From contig JAFVOR010000102.1 of the NCBI GenBank assembly GCA_017505725.1, forward strand, positions 20,634 to 84,633: DNA of 64,000 nt, in the 5' to 3' direction. Each line of letters begins with the position of its first letter. Position 1 is the first letter of the stretch. Source of the stretch: Alistipes sp. (GTDB lineage Bacteria; Bacteroidota; Bacteroidia; Bacteroidales; Rikenellaceae). The notes below the pieces were generated by a model that was not told where the DNA came from, made no database searches, and worked only from the letters and a program-made list of their open reading frames with translations. Shown piece after piece: positions 9,582 to 19,967 of the stretch. The translations under genes were made by a program, and so were the position numbers.

Positions 9582-9917
9582 TTCAATGTATATTCTTAAG
9601 GTTTAGCACTATGCAAAGTTATAAAAATAGATAAGAAATAAAAAATTGCGCAGGGGCAAATTATCGGAATACAAGAAAATAGAGCTTATTGATCAAAATA
9701 GTACATAAAATCTGAGCCGCATTCGTTCATCGTTTGTGATTTGTGAATTTGTTTTCATAATAAAATGTATTTTGAATGTTTAACACTCTTTTTGCTGGTC
9801 AATATAATAACTAATGGTACAATTTAATATCGAAAAAGGGTAAAAAATAAGGGTTTAGTTAACAAAAGTTAACCAAACCCAGATGGTCAAATGGTTGATT
9901 ATCAACCGATTACCTCA

Positions 9918-10139
9918 TTAGTATTCCTCCTCGTTAAAGAAGAAGTCCTCCTTTGATGGGTAGTCGGGCCAGATCTCCTCCATACTCTCGTACGACTCGC
10001 CGTCGTCCTCAATCTCCTGAAGGTTCTCGATAACCTCGAGTGGTGCGCCCGAGCGAGTTGCGTAGTCGATCAACTCCTCTTTTGTTGCTGGCCAAGGTGC
10101 ATCCTCCAATTTAGATGCAAGTTCAAGTGTCCAATACAT
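9918..10139 (-). CDS. DUF2795 protein
   Basis: MYWTLELASKLEDAPWPATK, a highly conserved Bacteroidota protein. Confidence 0.95.
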   Translation of the reverse strand: MYWTLELASKLEDAPWPATKEELIDYATRSGAPLEVIENLQEIEDDGESYESMEEIWPDYPSKEDFFFNEEEY

Positions 10140-10232
10140 AGTCTATATATTTTTTAATTGTTAGTATTCGTCGCAAAAGCGAGTGCAAAAGTATAAAAAA
10201 TTTCTAATATACAAATACTTACGACAATATTT

Positions 10233-10784
10233 TTACGGTTGCCACAAAACCTCCTCTGCGTCAAGCCGTTCCGTAATCGTGCGACACAGGGCGTAGAGGT
10301 AGTCCGAAAGGCGATTCAGCAACACCAAAACATTTTTGTCGATATCGTAATTTTCGGCAGCCTCGATGGCTCTACGCTCCGCTCGGCGGCATACTGTGCG
10401 ACAGATATGGCACAGCGATGAGAGTTCGCAGCCTCCCGGTATGGTGAAGTATTCAATAGGCTTCAAGCCATCTTGCAGGGCATCAATACGCCCCTCGAGC
10501 CACGCAATATTTTCATCGGTCAATTGAGGAATGTTATATTCGCAATGGCTGCCAAGCGCCAACATCGAGCAGCTCGTCATCAGCAACGAGCAGACCTTGC
10601 GACAATCCTCGACATATGGTGCAAGAGTCGCATCATGGGCCATTCTATCGGCCAGGTAGGCGATATTTGCCTGCAACTCGTCGGCAGTGCCATACGCCTC
10701 AACACGAACATCGGTTTTGCGAACTCGCTCGCCACCTATGAGCGAAGTACGCCCCTTGTCACCGCCTTTGGTATACAATTTCAT
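10233..10784 (-). CDS. PduO-type cob(I)alamin adenosyltransferase
   Basis: LYTKGGDKGRT, AYGTADE, RTVCRRAER, LNRLSDYLY. Confidence 0.94.
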   Translation of the reverse strand: MKLYTKGGDKGRTSLIGGERVRKTDVRVEAYGTADELQANIAYLADRMAHDATLAPYVEDCRKVCSLLMTSCSMLALGSHCEYNIPQLTDENIAWLEGRIDALQDGLKPIEYFTIPGGCELSSLCHICRTVCRRAERRAIEAAENYDIDKNVLVLLNRLSDYLYALCRTITERLDAEEVLWQP

Positions 10785-11284
10785 AGACGATAGTGTTGTT
10801 TAGGTAATCTATTATTAAAGAATAGTGTATAGGCTCCATTATCCACCGTTGTGCAACGATGCTCTGCGATGAGTGCATCCACAGCCAACTGACGCTCACG
10901 CGTGAGATATGGGCAACAGATCGCAAGCGTCACGCCCGCCATCTTAGCATCCTCGTAGGCTGAACGCAACTGCTCGGTGGGGTAGTCGGCCAAAAGTATC
11001 GAGAGATCGCACTCCACCTCGTTTATCGAGTAGCTCTGCCCCTCGATATGAGGCAAGAGGTTGTGGAGCTGGCGAGCCGACTTCTCGGCAACACCCGCGC
11101 CACGCAACGAATCATAAAGTGCCGTGCCGAATCTTTCATCGAGCGAATTAGACATAAATACCTTACGCACAAGCGAATAGACAAAAGGGGAGTGCACACC
11201 GTGTCCACGACGATGCTTCACGCGCGAGAGCGCATTACCAAGCAACACGAGTCGGCGAGCGAGATTGCGACCAGAGACCTTCAT
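10781..11284 (-). CDS. Hypothetical protein related to the N-terminus of Bacteroidota SAM-methyltransferase-like proteins
   Basis: GHGVHSPFVY motif and C-terminal PKQHY; no SAM motif visible. Confidence 0.55.
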   Translation of the reverse strand: MKVSGRNLARRLVLLGNALSRVKHRRGHGVHSPFVYSLVRKVFMSNSLDERFGTALYDSLRGAGVAEKSARQLHNLLPHIEGQSYSINEVECDLSILLADYPTEQLRSAYEDAKMAGVTLAICCPYLTRERQLAVDALIAEHRCTTVDNGAYTLFFNNRLPKQHYRL

Positions 11285-11290
11285 ATCACA

Positions 11291-12574
11291 CTATTTTTTG
11301 AGCAGACCTGCCAAGTGACCTGTCGAGAATGCAATCTGGAGGTTATAGCCACCCGTATTGGCATCCACATCGAGCACCTCACCAGCAAAGTACATACCCT
11401 TGATTTTGAGCGACTCCATTGTGTACTCGTTGACCTCCGAGCAGCTTACGCCACCCGCAGTAACCACTGCATACTCGAACGGAGCGTAGTCCGAAATCGG
11501 GAACGACCAACCCTTCAACACCTTGATCAAACGCTCGAACTCCTTGTCCGAGACCTTCGATATGTAGAGTCGCGAGTGGACATCAAGCTCCTTGCAGATA
11601 GGCACTACAAGTGGCTTTGGCACCAAGCGACGCACCAACTCTGCGAAGAAATCCTCGGGTTGCATCTCGGCAATCTCGCGCTTGATACGCTCACGCAAAA
11701 TCTCCTCTGTGAGTGCAGGCTTGAGGTCGAGTTCTATCTTCACACTCTTCTCCTCGAGCAGAGCATCCACCGCATCACGGCTCAGGCGAAGGATTACCGC
11801 GCCCTCCAAGCCACGATCCGAGAAGGACATCTCGCCAAACTCCTCGCGCACCATCTCGCCGGCAACGAACAATCGCGCGTTGATATTCTTGAGCCACACA
11901 TTGCGGATATACTCCATCTGCGGATGGTTCGACTTGAGTGGAGTCAACGAAGGTCGCACCGACTCGATGGAGTGTCCCACCTGATCGGCAAAGTTGTAGC
12001 CATCGCCCGTCGAGCCCGTTCCCGGGTAGGATACGCCACCCGTAGCGATAATCACATTCGCCACCTCGATCCTACGGAGATATCCACGCTTGTTCATATA
12101 TTTCACGCCATAGACCTTGCCATCCGAGACCAAAATCTCGGTCACACGCGAGTTACACTGAATCTCCACCTCGTGGTCGCGGCAATAGAACTCCAGGGCA
12201 TTGGCAATATCTGCCGCCTTGTCACTAGCGGGGAATACTCGCTCACCGCGCTCGGTGACCAACTTCACACCCATACGCTCAAAGAAGCGCATTGTGGCAC
12301 GATTGGTAAACTCCGACATCGCCACGTGCAACCACTCGCCATTGGTGCGAACATTCTCGGCAAACTCCTCAACAGGGCGTGCGTTGGTAAGGTTGCATCT
12401 TCCCTTACCCGTAATACGCACCTTACGAGCAGGCTTCTCCATCTTCTCAAGCAGAAGCACCTTTTTGCCCGTGCGTGCTGCTGTTCCTGCAGCCATCAAT
12501 CCTGCAGCACCACCACCTATCACGACAACATCGTAATATGGGTGGGTCAATTCCAATTCAAGATTATCTTCCAT
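11291..12574 (-). CDS. HI0933/BaiN-family FAD-dependent oxidoreductase
   Basis: IGGGAAG, GKGRCNLTN, ATGGVSYP, VTAGGV, TGGYNLQIA. Confidence 0.94.
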   Translation of the reverse strand: MEDNLELELTHPYYDVVVIGGGAAGLMAAGTAARTGKKVLLLEKMEKPARKVRITGKGRCNLTNARPVEEFAENVRTNGEWLHVAMSEFTNRATMRFFERMGVKLVTERGERVFPASDKAADIANALEFYCRDHEVEIQCNSRVTEILVSDGKVYGVKYMNKRGYLRRIEVANVIIATGGVSYPGTGSTGDGYNFADQVGHSIESVRPSLTPLKSNHPQMEYIRNVWLKNINARLFVAGEMVREEFGEMSFSDRGLEGAVILRLSRDAVDALLEEKSVKIELDLKPALTEEILRERIKREIAEMQPEDFFAELVRRLVPKPLVVPICKELDVHSRLYISKVSDKEFERLIKVLKGWSFPISDYAPFEYAVVTAGGVSCSEVNEYTMESLKIKGMYFAGEVLDVDANTGGYNLQIAFSTGHLAGLLKK

Positions 12575-12593
12575 TTATCTTTATATAGTTTCT

Positions 12594-15182
12594 CTATTTC
12601 GATTTAAGCGTAATAGATGCCGAGCCTACGCCCTTGCCCGATACTTTGAGTACCATCGCACCTGCGGTTTTGGTGGTCTGTACGCCCACAACCAACTCTC
12701 CATTGAAGAGTTTCATTGTAGGCTTGGTGAACACCTCCAACGAGGTCTGGTCTCCATTGCAGACACCCTTGAACTCACCTTCACCCGTAACCTTCATAAC
12801 GAGCTGATGCTGCGCCGTAGGGCAGAAATTGCCATCCTTATCGACAACTCGCACCGCTACAAATGCCATATCCTCGCCATCGGCATTCAGATAGCCTCCC
12901 AACGAGAAGTGCGAAGGATTCGAGGTGTTGAACATATCGGCATAGCTGCGCTCCTTCTCGCCTGTGCCTCGGTTGGCGCACAACTCGAGGTGGTGAGGCT
13001 TGCCTGCGGTCTTAACCACCTTCTCGCCCACTTTGAGGCCATTCTTGTCGTAGACTACAACCTTCACCTCGCCCGGCTCGTACTTAACCTCGTTCCAACG
13101 CAGACGATAACGATCGAGAATATCACCGCTCTTGCTTTTGGTGCGCTTGCCCTGGCTCTTGCCGTTGACAAACAGCTCTGCAGTAGGGTAGTTGGTGTAG
13201 CAGTAGACAGGTGTTATCTCGCCCTCTCGACCCTCCCAATTCCAATGCGGAAGCAGATGAATTGTAGGTTGTTTGGTGTTCCAGCGCGAACGATAGAGGT
13301 AGTAGCGATCCTTTGGCAGACCCGCCAAGTCGATAATGCCGAAGTAGCTGCTGCGCGAAGGCCACACGGTGTTGTATGGCGAAGGCTCACCAAGATAGTC
13401 GAAGCCTGTCCACACGAACTCGCCAATAACCCAAGGCTTATCCTCCTGCTGTACCCAATCGTAGTCGGGCAGATTGCCCCAAGTGACAACCTCGGTGTCG
13501 TAGCTTGAGTTGTGATAGTCGCTGAAAACGATATATTTCTCCATAGCGGCACGCTCTGCCTTGCTCTTGTCGGAGACATTGGTATTCATCACAGGGAAGT
13601 GGTAGACTCCGCGCGACGATACTGTCGAAGCGGTCTCCGAGCCAAGAATCAAGCCGTGTCCCGTCTTTGCATAAGCCTCGTCGTATTGGTGTGTATGGTA
13701 GTTGACACCTGCGATATCGAAGACCTGTGCTGCACCAAGTTCGCAATCGAGAAGGATGCGATTCATTCCTATGGTCACAGGACGCGAAGGATCAAGACGA
13801 TGGAACTCGCCCACCAACATTTGAGCAATGGTGGCACCAATGTTATTGTGCTTATCCTTCGGAGCATACCACAACTCACGTACCTCGTTGCCTGCGCTCC
13901 ACATCACAATCGAAGGGTGGAGTTTGTGGTTGTTGACAAGGTTTGCCAAGTCGCGTTTGTACCAATCGTAGAAGAAGCGGTGATATCCGTTGTCGACCTT
14001 CGCCTCTGCCCACTCGTCAAAGCTCTCTGCCATAACCATAAAGCCGAGTTCGTCGCAGAGATCCATCTGCCACTTCGAAGGCATATTGTGCGAAGTACGG
14101 ATGCCATCGCAACCCATCGACTTGAGCAGCTCGAGCTGACGGCGTATAGCCGCTCTATTTTCGGCTGCACCCAACATACCAAGATCGTGGTGCATACATA
14201 CGCCCTTGATTTTTCGGCTCTTGCCATTCAGTTCAAAGCCCTTCTCGGGTGTAAAGCGAATTGTGCGGAAGCCTATCTTCTCGCTCTTGCAGTCGAGCAC
14301 TCGGCGCATACCATCGGCAGCAACCGCAATCAACTCAACCTTCATCTCGTAGAGTTTTGGCTCTTCGGGCGACCAAGGGGTTATATTGATGAAGTTCTGA
14401 GCAGTAAAGGCCTTACCTTCGCCATCAACCGCCTGTTCGAACTCCTTGCCGGCTACGCTCCAACGAGCCACAAGGTTTTTGCCGGCATACCCCGTTGTCT
14501 GCACCTCGAACGAGGCGGTGACATCGCCCTTGTCGTTGAGCGAAAGGGTAGTCATATTCAAGCCCCAGCAGTCGATTGCAGTAGCCGAGGTCGTAGCAAG
14601 GAATACAGGGCGGAAGATACCGCCACCAGGATACCAGCGGCTCGAGAATGGGCGCATCGTTGCCTTAACCGCAAGGGTATTGGGGCGACCATCACGATAG
14701 ATGTAAGGCGTAGCATCAACATTGAAGGCGTTATACGGATGTTTCCACTCGCCAGCCTTGTGGCCATTCACATAGACCTCTGGCTCGCCAAAAACGCCTC
14801 CAAATGTCAAAATCGCACGCTCGCAAGCCTCGGGAACCGAGAATCGCACACGATACCAACCAACGCCGATGAATGGGAGTCCTCCGGTGCGGCCTGTGCG
14901 GAGTTTAGGCTTGGTCTCGCCATCCTCGACAACCATCTTCACCTGTTTGTCGATCTCCTCGCTGAAAGGGCCCTTAATAGCCCAATCGTGCGGCACCGAC
15001 ACAACCTCCCACAACGAATCGTCATAGTTCTCGGCAGCAACCTTCGCGCCATCAGCCTTCATAGCCTCGCTCTCGAGCGAGAAACGCCAAGTGTCAGCCA
15101 ACTGCACCTCATTACGCACACTCTGCGCCACAACCATCAACGGCAACAACATTACCGAAATGAAAATAGAGAATCTCTTCAT
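12594..15182 (-). CDS. GH2 beta-galactosidase (DUF4982-containing)
   Basis: VPHDW, SRWYPGGGIFR, IRTSHN, HPSIVMWSAGNE, GSET, WTGFDYLGEP. Confidence 0.93.
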   Translation of the reverse strand: MKRFSIFISVMLLPLMVVAQSVRNEVQLADTWRFSLESEAMKADGAKVAAENYDDSLWEVVSVPHDWAIKGPFSEEIDKQVKMVVEDGETKPKLRTGRTGGLPFIGVGWYRVRFSVPEACERAILTFGGVFGEPEVYVNGHKAGEWKHPYNAFNVDATPYIYRDGRPNTLAVKATMRPFSSRWYPGGGIFRPVFLATTSATAIDCWGLNMTTLSLNDKGDVTASFEVQTTGYAGKNLVARWSVAGKEFEQAVDGEGKAFTAQNFINITPWSPEEPKLYEMKVELIAVAADGMRRVLDCKSEKIGFRTIRFTPEKGFELNGKSRKIKGVCMHHDLGMLGAAENRAAIRRQLELLKSMGCDGIRTSHNMPSKWQMDLCDELGFMVMAESFDEWAEAKVDNGYHRFFYDWYKRDLANLVNNHKLHPSIVMWSAGNEVRELWYAPKDKHNNIGATIAQMLVGEFHRLDPSRPVTIGMNRILLDCELGAAQVFDIAGVNYHTHQYDEAYAKTGHGLILGSETASTVSSRGVYHFPVMNTNVSDKSKAERAAMEKYIVFSDYHNSSYDTEVVTWGNLPDYDWVQQEDKPWVIGEFVWTGFDYLGEPSPYNTVWPSRSSYFGIIDLAGLPKDRYYLYRSRWNTKQPTIHLLPHWNWEGREGEITPVYCYTNYPTAELFVNGKSQGKRTKSKSGDILDRYRLRWNEVKYEPGEVKVVVYDKNGLKVGEKVVKTAGKPHHLELCANRGTGEKERSYADMFNTSNPSHFSLGGYLNADGEDMAFVAVRVVDKDGNFCPTAQHQLVMKVTGEGEFKGVCNGDQTSLEVFTKPTMKLFNGELVVGVQTTKTAGAMVLKVSGKGVGSASITLKSK

Positions 15183-15197
15183 AGTACTCTTTTCTAC

Positions 15198-15806
15198 TTA
15201 CTCATAAATAACCTTACGCAACTCGTTGCACGCCCGCTCCGGATTGCGACGGTCAAAGTGGAATGGGGTAATACCCAACTCGGCAGCAGCCTCAACATTA
15301 TCCTTGCGGTCATCGATAAAGATTGTTTCGGCAGGGTTGAGATTACAGTGATCGAGCAGATGCTGATAGAATTTGAGGTTTGGTTTACCAAGGTGCACCT
15401 CGCACGACACAATCTGCTCGTCGAAGTATTCGAACACTGGCAGTTTGCGCAAGAATTCGATATACTCCTTAGACATATTCGAGAGCACATAGAGCTTGTA
15501 TCCGCGCTCCTTCAACTCCTTGATAAGGCGCACGGTAGGCTCCACCTCCTCCTGCAACGAAATGGCATAGAGCATATTTGTCTTTGCCTCCTCAACGCTG
15601 CAATTGCGGTATTCGGCTACCGATGCAGCGGTTTCATCTATCGACAAGACTCCGAGGTCGTAATCGTACCAGAACGATGGTACACACTTCATATCGTTTC
15701 CGAACACGAAGCTGAAAAACTCACCAAGTTTCTCAGCAAAGCTCTCCTCGTTGTGTGCCACAACAACACCTCCAAGGTCAAAAACTATATTTTTAAGCAT
15801 CTTCAT
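15198..15806 (-). CDS. HAD-family phosphatase
   Basis: FDLGGV, LSN, KP, FIDD. Confidence 0.92.
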   Translation of the reverse strand: MKMLKNIVFDLGGVVVAHNEESFAEKLGEFFSFVFGNDMKCVPSFWYDYDLGVLSIDETAASVAEYRNCSVEEAKTNMLYAISLQEEVEPTVRLIKELKERGYKLYVLSNMSKEYIEFLRKLPVFEYFDEQIVSCEVHLGKPNLKFYQHLLDHCNLNPAETIFIDDRKDNVEAAAELGITPFHFDRRNPERACNELRKVIYE

Positions 15807-15823
15807 CTCTATTGGGAAACATT

Positions 15824-16789
15824 CTACTTCTGCTTGGCAATCGACTCGCGCATCTCGGTATCGGCCATCACATTCTTCATCTTGTAGTAGTCCATAATAC
15901 CAAGATTGCCCGAGCGGAATGCCTCGGCCATAGCGAGAGGCACCTCGGCCTCGGCCTCAATAACGCGGGCACGAGCCTCCTGCGCCTTGGCACACATCTC
16001 CTGCTCGAGAGCCACAGCCATAGCACGACGCTCCTCGGCCTTGGCCTGTGCGATATTCTTGTCGGCATCGGCCTGATCCATCTGCAACTGTGCACCGATG
16101 TTCTTACCTACATCGATATCTGCGATATCAATCGAGAGAATCTCGAATGCAGTACCAGCATCAAGACCCTTCTCCAACACCACGCGCGAGATAGAATCAG
16201 GATTCTCGAGCACGACCTTGTGAGTCATAGCCGAACCGATAGACGATACAATACCCTCGCCGACACGAGCCAAGACGGTCTCCTCGCCTGCACCACCGAC
16301 CAACTGCTTGATGTTGGCACGAACCGTAACTCGAGCCTTGGCAATAAGCTGGATACCATCCTTTGCAACTGCGGCTACAGGAGGGGTGTTGATAACCTTT
16401 GGATTAACCGACATCTGCACAGCCTCGAATACATCGCGACCAGCCAAGTCGATAGCGGTAGCCATCTTGAAGTCGAGTAGGATGTTAGCCTTCTGTGCCG
16501 AAACAAGAGCGTGCACAACCTTCTGCACATTACCTCCTGCGAGGTAGTGAGCCTCCAACTCGTTTGGATCAAGTTTCAAGCCCGCCTTCGTACCCTCGAT
16601 CATCGACGATACAATGATTGTAGGTGGCACCTTGCGCCAACGCATCAGCACAAGCTGAATAAGCGAGATGTGAACACCCGACACCAAAGCCGAGAACCAC
16701 AAACCAACAGGAATAAAGTAGAATATGAGCCACAATGCTACAAATGCGGCCAAACTCACCAATGCGATTACTAATACATTCAACTCCAT
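15824..16789 (-). CDS. floA: Flotillin-like protein FloA (YqfA family)
   Basis: [42 protein letters not shown]. Confidence 0.93.
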   Translation of the reverse strand: MELNVLVIALVSLAAFVALWLIFYFIPVGLWFSALVSGVHISLIQLVLMRWRKVPPTIIVSSMIEGTKAGLKLDPNELEAHYLAGGNVQKVVHALVSAQKANILLDFKMATAIDLAGRDVFEAVQMSVNPKVINTPPVAAVAKDGIQLIAKARVTVRANIKQLVGGAGEETVLARVGEGIVSSIGSAMTHKVVLENPDSISRVVLEKGLDAGTAFEILSIDIADIDVGKNIGAQLQMDQADADKNIAQAKAEERRAMAVALEQEMCAKAQEARARVIEAEAEVPLAMAEAFRSGNLGIMDYYKMKNVMADTEMRESIAKQK

Positions 16790-16823
16790 AGTAGTAAATT
16801 TTTAGAGATTAATACTTAAGGTT

Positions 16824-19466
16824 CTATTGTTTTGTCAACTGATCGATAAGGCGAGTGCGTACCTCGGCAGGGAAGAACTCCATCTTGCCAATCTCGGTGA
16901 GGCAAACCTCGTGCGACTTGTAGTAGTTCTCCACATTCTTATGGATATTCTGTGGGAACTCGGTGATAAAGTTCGGAGCCTGCGACACATTCATATAGCA
17001 GTCAGGGAGGAGCGGATATGGATCGAAGTACTTGGCGTACAGCTCCTTGAACTCGGCTGTGAGTACCACGCAACGATTCACAATACCCTGAATGCCATAC
17101 AACTTGGACTGTGCAGCCAAATCGCCCTCGGCAAACTCCACCTCAACAGTGCAGCCCTTCGCATTGTCGACCTCGCCAAGCAGGATGTATGGTGCAAGCG
17201 AGTAGCCATCGTAGCCCCACTCGCCAACCTCGGCATAGCGTGCATACTTGAACTCACGGCCATCCACACGGACTGCCTTTGGAGGATAGTTTGCAGGCAG
17301 ACGCAACTCATAGTTGTTGGTTGCGGTAGCACCCTCGAAAGAGCCCTTGCGAGGAGCAATCGTGATAACCACCTTGTTGCCCTCGGTGCGCTTTGCAACC
17401 TTGATTGTAGCGTAGGCGGTAGAGTACTCCTTCGAATTGCCATCATCCTCGTAAATGGTGGTCTCGCCATCGCCTCCAGGAACAAAGGTCAAGACATACG
17501 ACGAGAGAGTCTGCTGAAGGTTACGCACCGACTTCGGATACATCGGGATGATTGCTCCGGCCTTTGCGAAGTATGGATTCTCGGCCTGTGTGCAGTGGAT
17601 GTCGATCAACTCGCCATTGCCCTCATACATCTTGCCACTCACCATATTGTACCACTTCTCGCCCTTCGGAATCCACACCTTGCGGGTAGCCAGGCCTGTA
17701 GTCTTATCCATCGGAGTGATGATTGGAGCAACCATCAAATCGCCACCGAACATAAACTGATCCCTCATCGAGTAGGCGTACTCATCCTCCGGATGCGAAT
17801 AGTACATAGGGCGACACATCGAGACACCCGTATCGAAGGTCTCGCGTGCAGCAGCGTAGATGTATGGCACAAGTGCATAGCGCAAGTGCATTGCCGCACG
17901 CATATCCATCATATGGTCAGGGTAGTGCCATATACGACGCTCAATTACACGATCCTTGGTGCAGTGGGTCTTGAATACAGGTGTAAAGACGCCATACTGT
18001 AACCAACGCAAATACAACTCCGGATCGATAATCTTAGCGTCCTCCTTGTGGAACATATGGCCACCAATATCGTGTCCCCAATAGCCATAACCGACATTCG
18101 AGGCGGTAGCGGTAAACCAAGGCAGGAATGCCAACGCATCCCAAGCGATGTAAATGTCGCCCGAGAAGCCGGTCTGATAGCGATGCGAGCCAAGACCTCC
18201 CCAGCGGTGGTAGATCATAGGGCGCTCGTTGCCCTTCTCCGCCATATGGTGATCGAAGGTGTGGTTGAGCCAGAATGTGTTGTTCAAATCCTTCACATAC
18301 TTGCTTGTTACCCACTGCTGCCAATCGAGCCACCAGAAGTCTACGCCCTGCTTCTCCATTGGACCAAGCACGGTATTGAAATAGGCATCGGCCCACTTCT
18401 GCTCCGACATCTTGTAAGGAACGCTCTTGCCCTCCTCCTTCCAGCCATAAGCCTCTGCAAAACGCTTATAAGGTTCCTCGTAAGGCTGAATACCCGAGGC
18501 AGGGTGGAGGTTTAACGAGGTCTTGAGATTCTGCTTGTGACACCACGAGAGGAAGTTCTCGGGCGAAGGGAAGAGTTGCTGCTTCCAGGTGTAGCCTGTC
18601 CAGCCCACACGCTGATCATACTCATCTTTCTTCGGATTCTTTCTACGCAAACCCCAGGTCTCGTGCCAATCCATATCGATGATCAAGACATCGAGCGGAA
18701 TATCCAACGAGCGCATAGTCTCAACCAGGTCGCGCAACTCGTTGTCCGAGTATTGCCAATAGCGGCTCCACCAATATCCGAATACATACTTCGGAGGAAG
18801 TGGAATATTGCCCGCCACACGGGTGTAGTCCTTCAACGCCTTGGTATACTCGTGTCCGTAGGCAAAGAGATAGAGGTCGAGGCGATCACCCCCGGGGCGA
18901 CACTCAACCCAATTCTTCCAATGTGACTCAACGGGCACAAAGAGGTGACGCTGCGAATCATCGACAACTGTCCAACCGCCACGCGAGAGCAGACCTGTCT
19001 CCATCGGACTCAATCGCTTCTTGCGACTCTTTGGGTGGTTATAGCCGTAATAGCCGTCGAGTGTGCGAGTTGTACCCATAAGATTCTGGGTATCAACATC
19101 GCCATAGTGCCATACTACCTTCTTGCCGGCTACCAAAATCTCGGCCGAGAGATTCTCTGCCGAAAACTTTGCTCCCTTCTTGTAGGTCAAGGTGACATTC
19201 GAGGTGGTGATGGTGAGCTTCGACTTGCTCTGCTTCACCTTGAACTGAGGCACATCGAGTTTACGATTCACAAATGTGAGCGTTGCTCTATCCTCGAATT
19301 TACCATCCTCGCTCCACTCCATACGGATCATCTGCGGAGTGAGCACCGTAAATCGTGCATTACCAGCGACAACCTGAGCCTTCTCGTCGGCCTTCGGACA
19401 ATCTGCCGCTACTGCCATTGACGATATCGCAAAGAGCGACATCGCAAAAATCAGAAATCGTTTCAT
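16824..19466 (-). CDS. GH31 glycoside hydrolase (secreted)
   Basis: GYWWSRY, IDMDWH, FWWLDWQQ, GFSGD, HDIGGH. Confidence 0.93.
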   Translation of the reverse strand: MKRFLIFAMSLFAISSMAVAADCPKADEKAQVVAGNARFTVLTPQMIRMEWSEDGKFEDRATLTFVNRKLDVPQFKVKQSKSKLTITTSNVTLTYKKGAKFSAENLSAEILVAGKKVVWHYGDVDTQNLMGTTRTLDGYYGYNHPKSRKKRLSPMETGLLSRGGWTVVDDSQRHLFVPVESHWKNWVECRPGGDRLDLYLFAYGHEYTKALKDYTRVAGNIPLPPKYVFGYWWSRYWQYSDNELRDLVETMRSLDIPLDVLIIDMDWHETWGLRRKNPKKDEYDQRVGWTGYTWKQQLFPSPENFLSWCHKQNLKTSLNLHPASGIQPYEEPYKRFAEAYGWKEEGKSVPYKMSEQKWADAYFNTVLGPMEKQGVDFWWLDWQQWVTSKYVKDLNNTFWLNHTFDHHMAEKGNERPMIYHRWGGLGSHRYQTGFSGDIYIAWDALAFLPWFTATASNVGYGYWGHDIGGHMFHKEDAKIIDPELYLRWLQYGVFTPVFKTHCTKDRVIERRIWHYPDHMMDMRAAMHLRYALVPYIYAAARETFDTGVSMCRPMYYSHPEDEYAYSMRDQFMFGGDLMVAPIITPMDKTTGLATRKVWIPKGEKWYNMVSGKMYEGNGELIDIHCTQAENPYFAKAGAIIPMYPKSVRNLQQTLSSYVLTFVPGGDGETTIYEDDGNSKEYSTAYATIKVAKRTEGNKVVITIAPRKGSFEGATATNNYELRLPANYPPKAVRVDGREFKYARYAEVGEWGYDGYSLAPYILLGEVDNAKGCTVEVEFAEGDLAAQSKLYGIQGIVNRCVVLTAEFKELYAKYFDPYPLLPDCYMNVSQAPNFITEFPQNIHKNVENYYKSHEVCLTEIGKMEFFPAEVRTRLIDQLTKQ

Positions 19467-19484
19467 CTATTCACTTTTTATAGG

Positions 19485-19952
19485 TTATTTGTCTACTCGC
19501 TTGACCAATACCGAGAAGTTCTCGAAGCCTACCACCTCGACCTCCTCTCGCTGATCGATAAGCAGATCGGACTTTGCCTCGTAGCGCTTGCCATTGACCT
19601 CGATAGTACCCATAGGTGAGATGCGTGAGATAGCCACGCCACGCGCTCCCACCGCCACACTATGCTCGGGGAGCTCCGACGATACGGAGTCGATATTCTT
19701 CTGCAACGAGAGTTTCTGCCAGGTCTTGGCACGCAACGATAGTATCACCGTTATCAACGAGAGCAGCAGGGTTGCAACTACTACAACCACACCTGCAGTA
19801 GTTCCATAAAATGCAAAACCGAGATAGATTGCCCCCGCATAGCATCCCAATGCAAGAATAGCTCCGATGGTCACACCAGGCAAAAGCACAATCTCTGCCA
19901 CAAGGAATAGTGCTCCAAGCACCAACAAGACAATGATATAAAAGATGTTCAT
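19485..19952 (-). CDS. Short NfeD-like membrane protein
   Basis: Three TM helices with EIVLLPG; C-terminal OB-fold SRISPMG...YEAKS. Confidence 0.85.
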   Translation of the reverse strand: MNIFYIIVLLVLGALFLVAEIVLLPGVTIGAILALGCYAGAIYLGFAFYGTTAGVVVVVATLLLSLITVILSLRAKTWQKLSLQKNIDSVSSELPEHSVAVGARGVAISRISPMGTIEVNGKRYEAKSDLLIDQREEVEVVGFENFSVLVKRVDK

Positions 19953-19967
19953 AATGGTATGAGGTAT

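Noticed and set aside
11048-12607. 519-aa + strand ORF
   Set aside because: Antisense shadow of the HI0933-family gene.
13512-15887. 791-aa + strand ORF
   Set aside because: Antisense shadow of the GH2 and HAD genes; no recognisable motifs.
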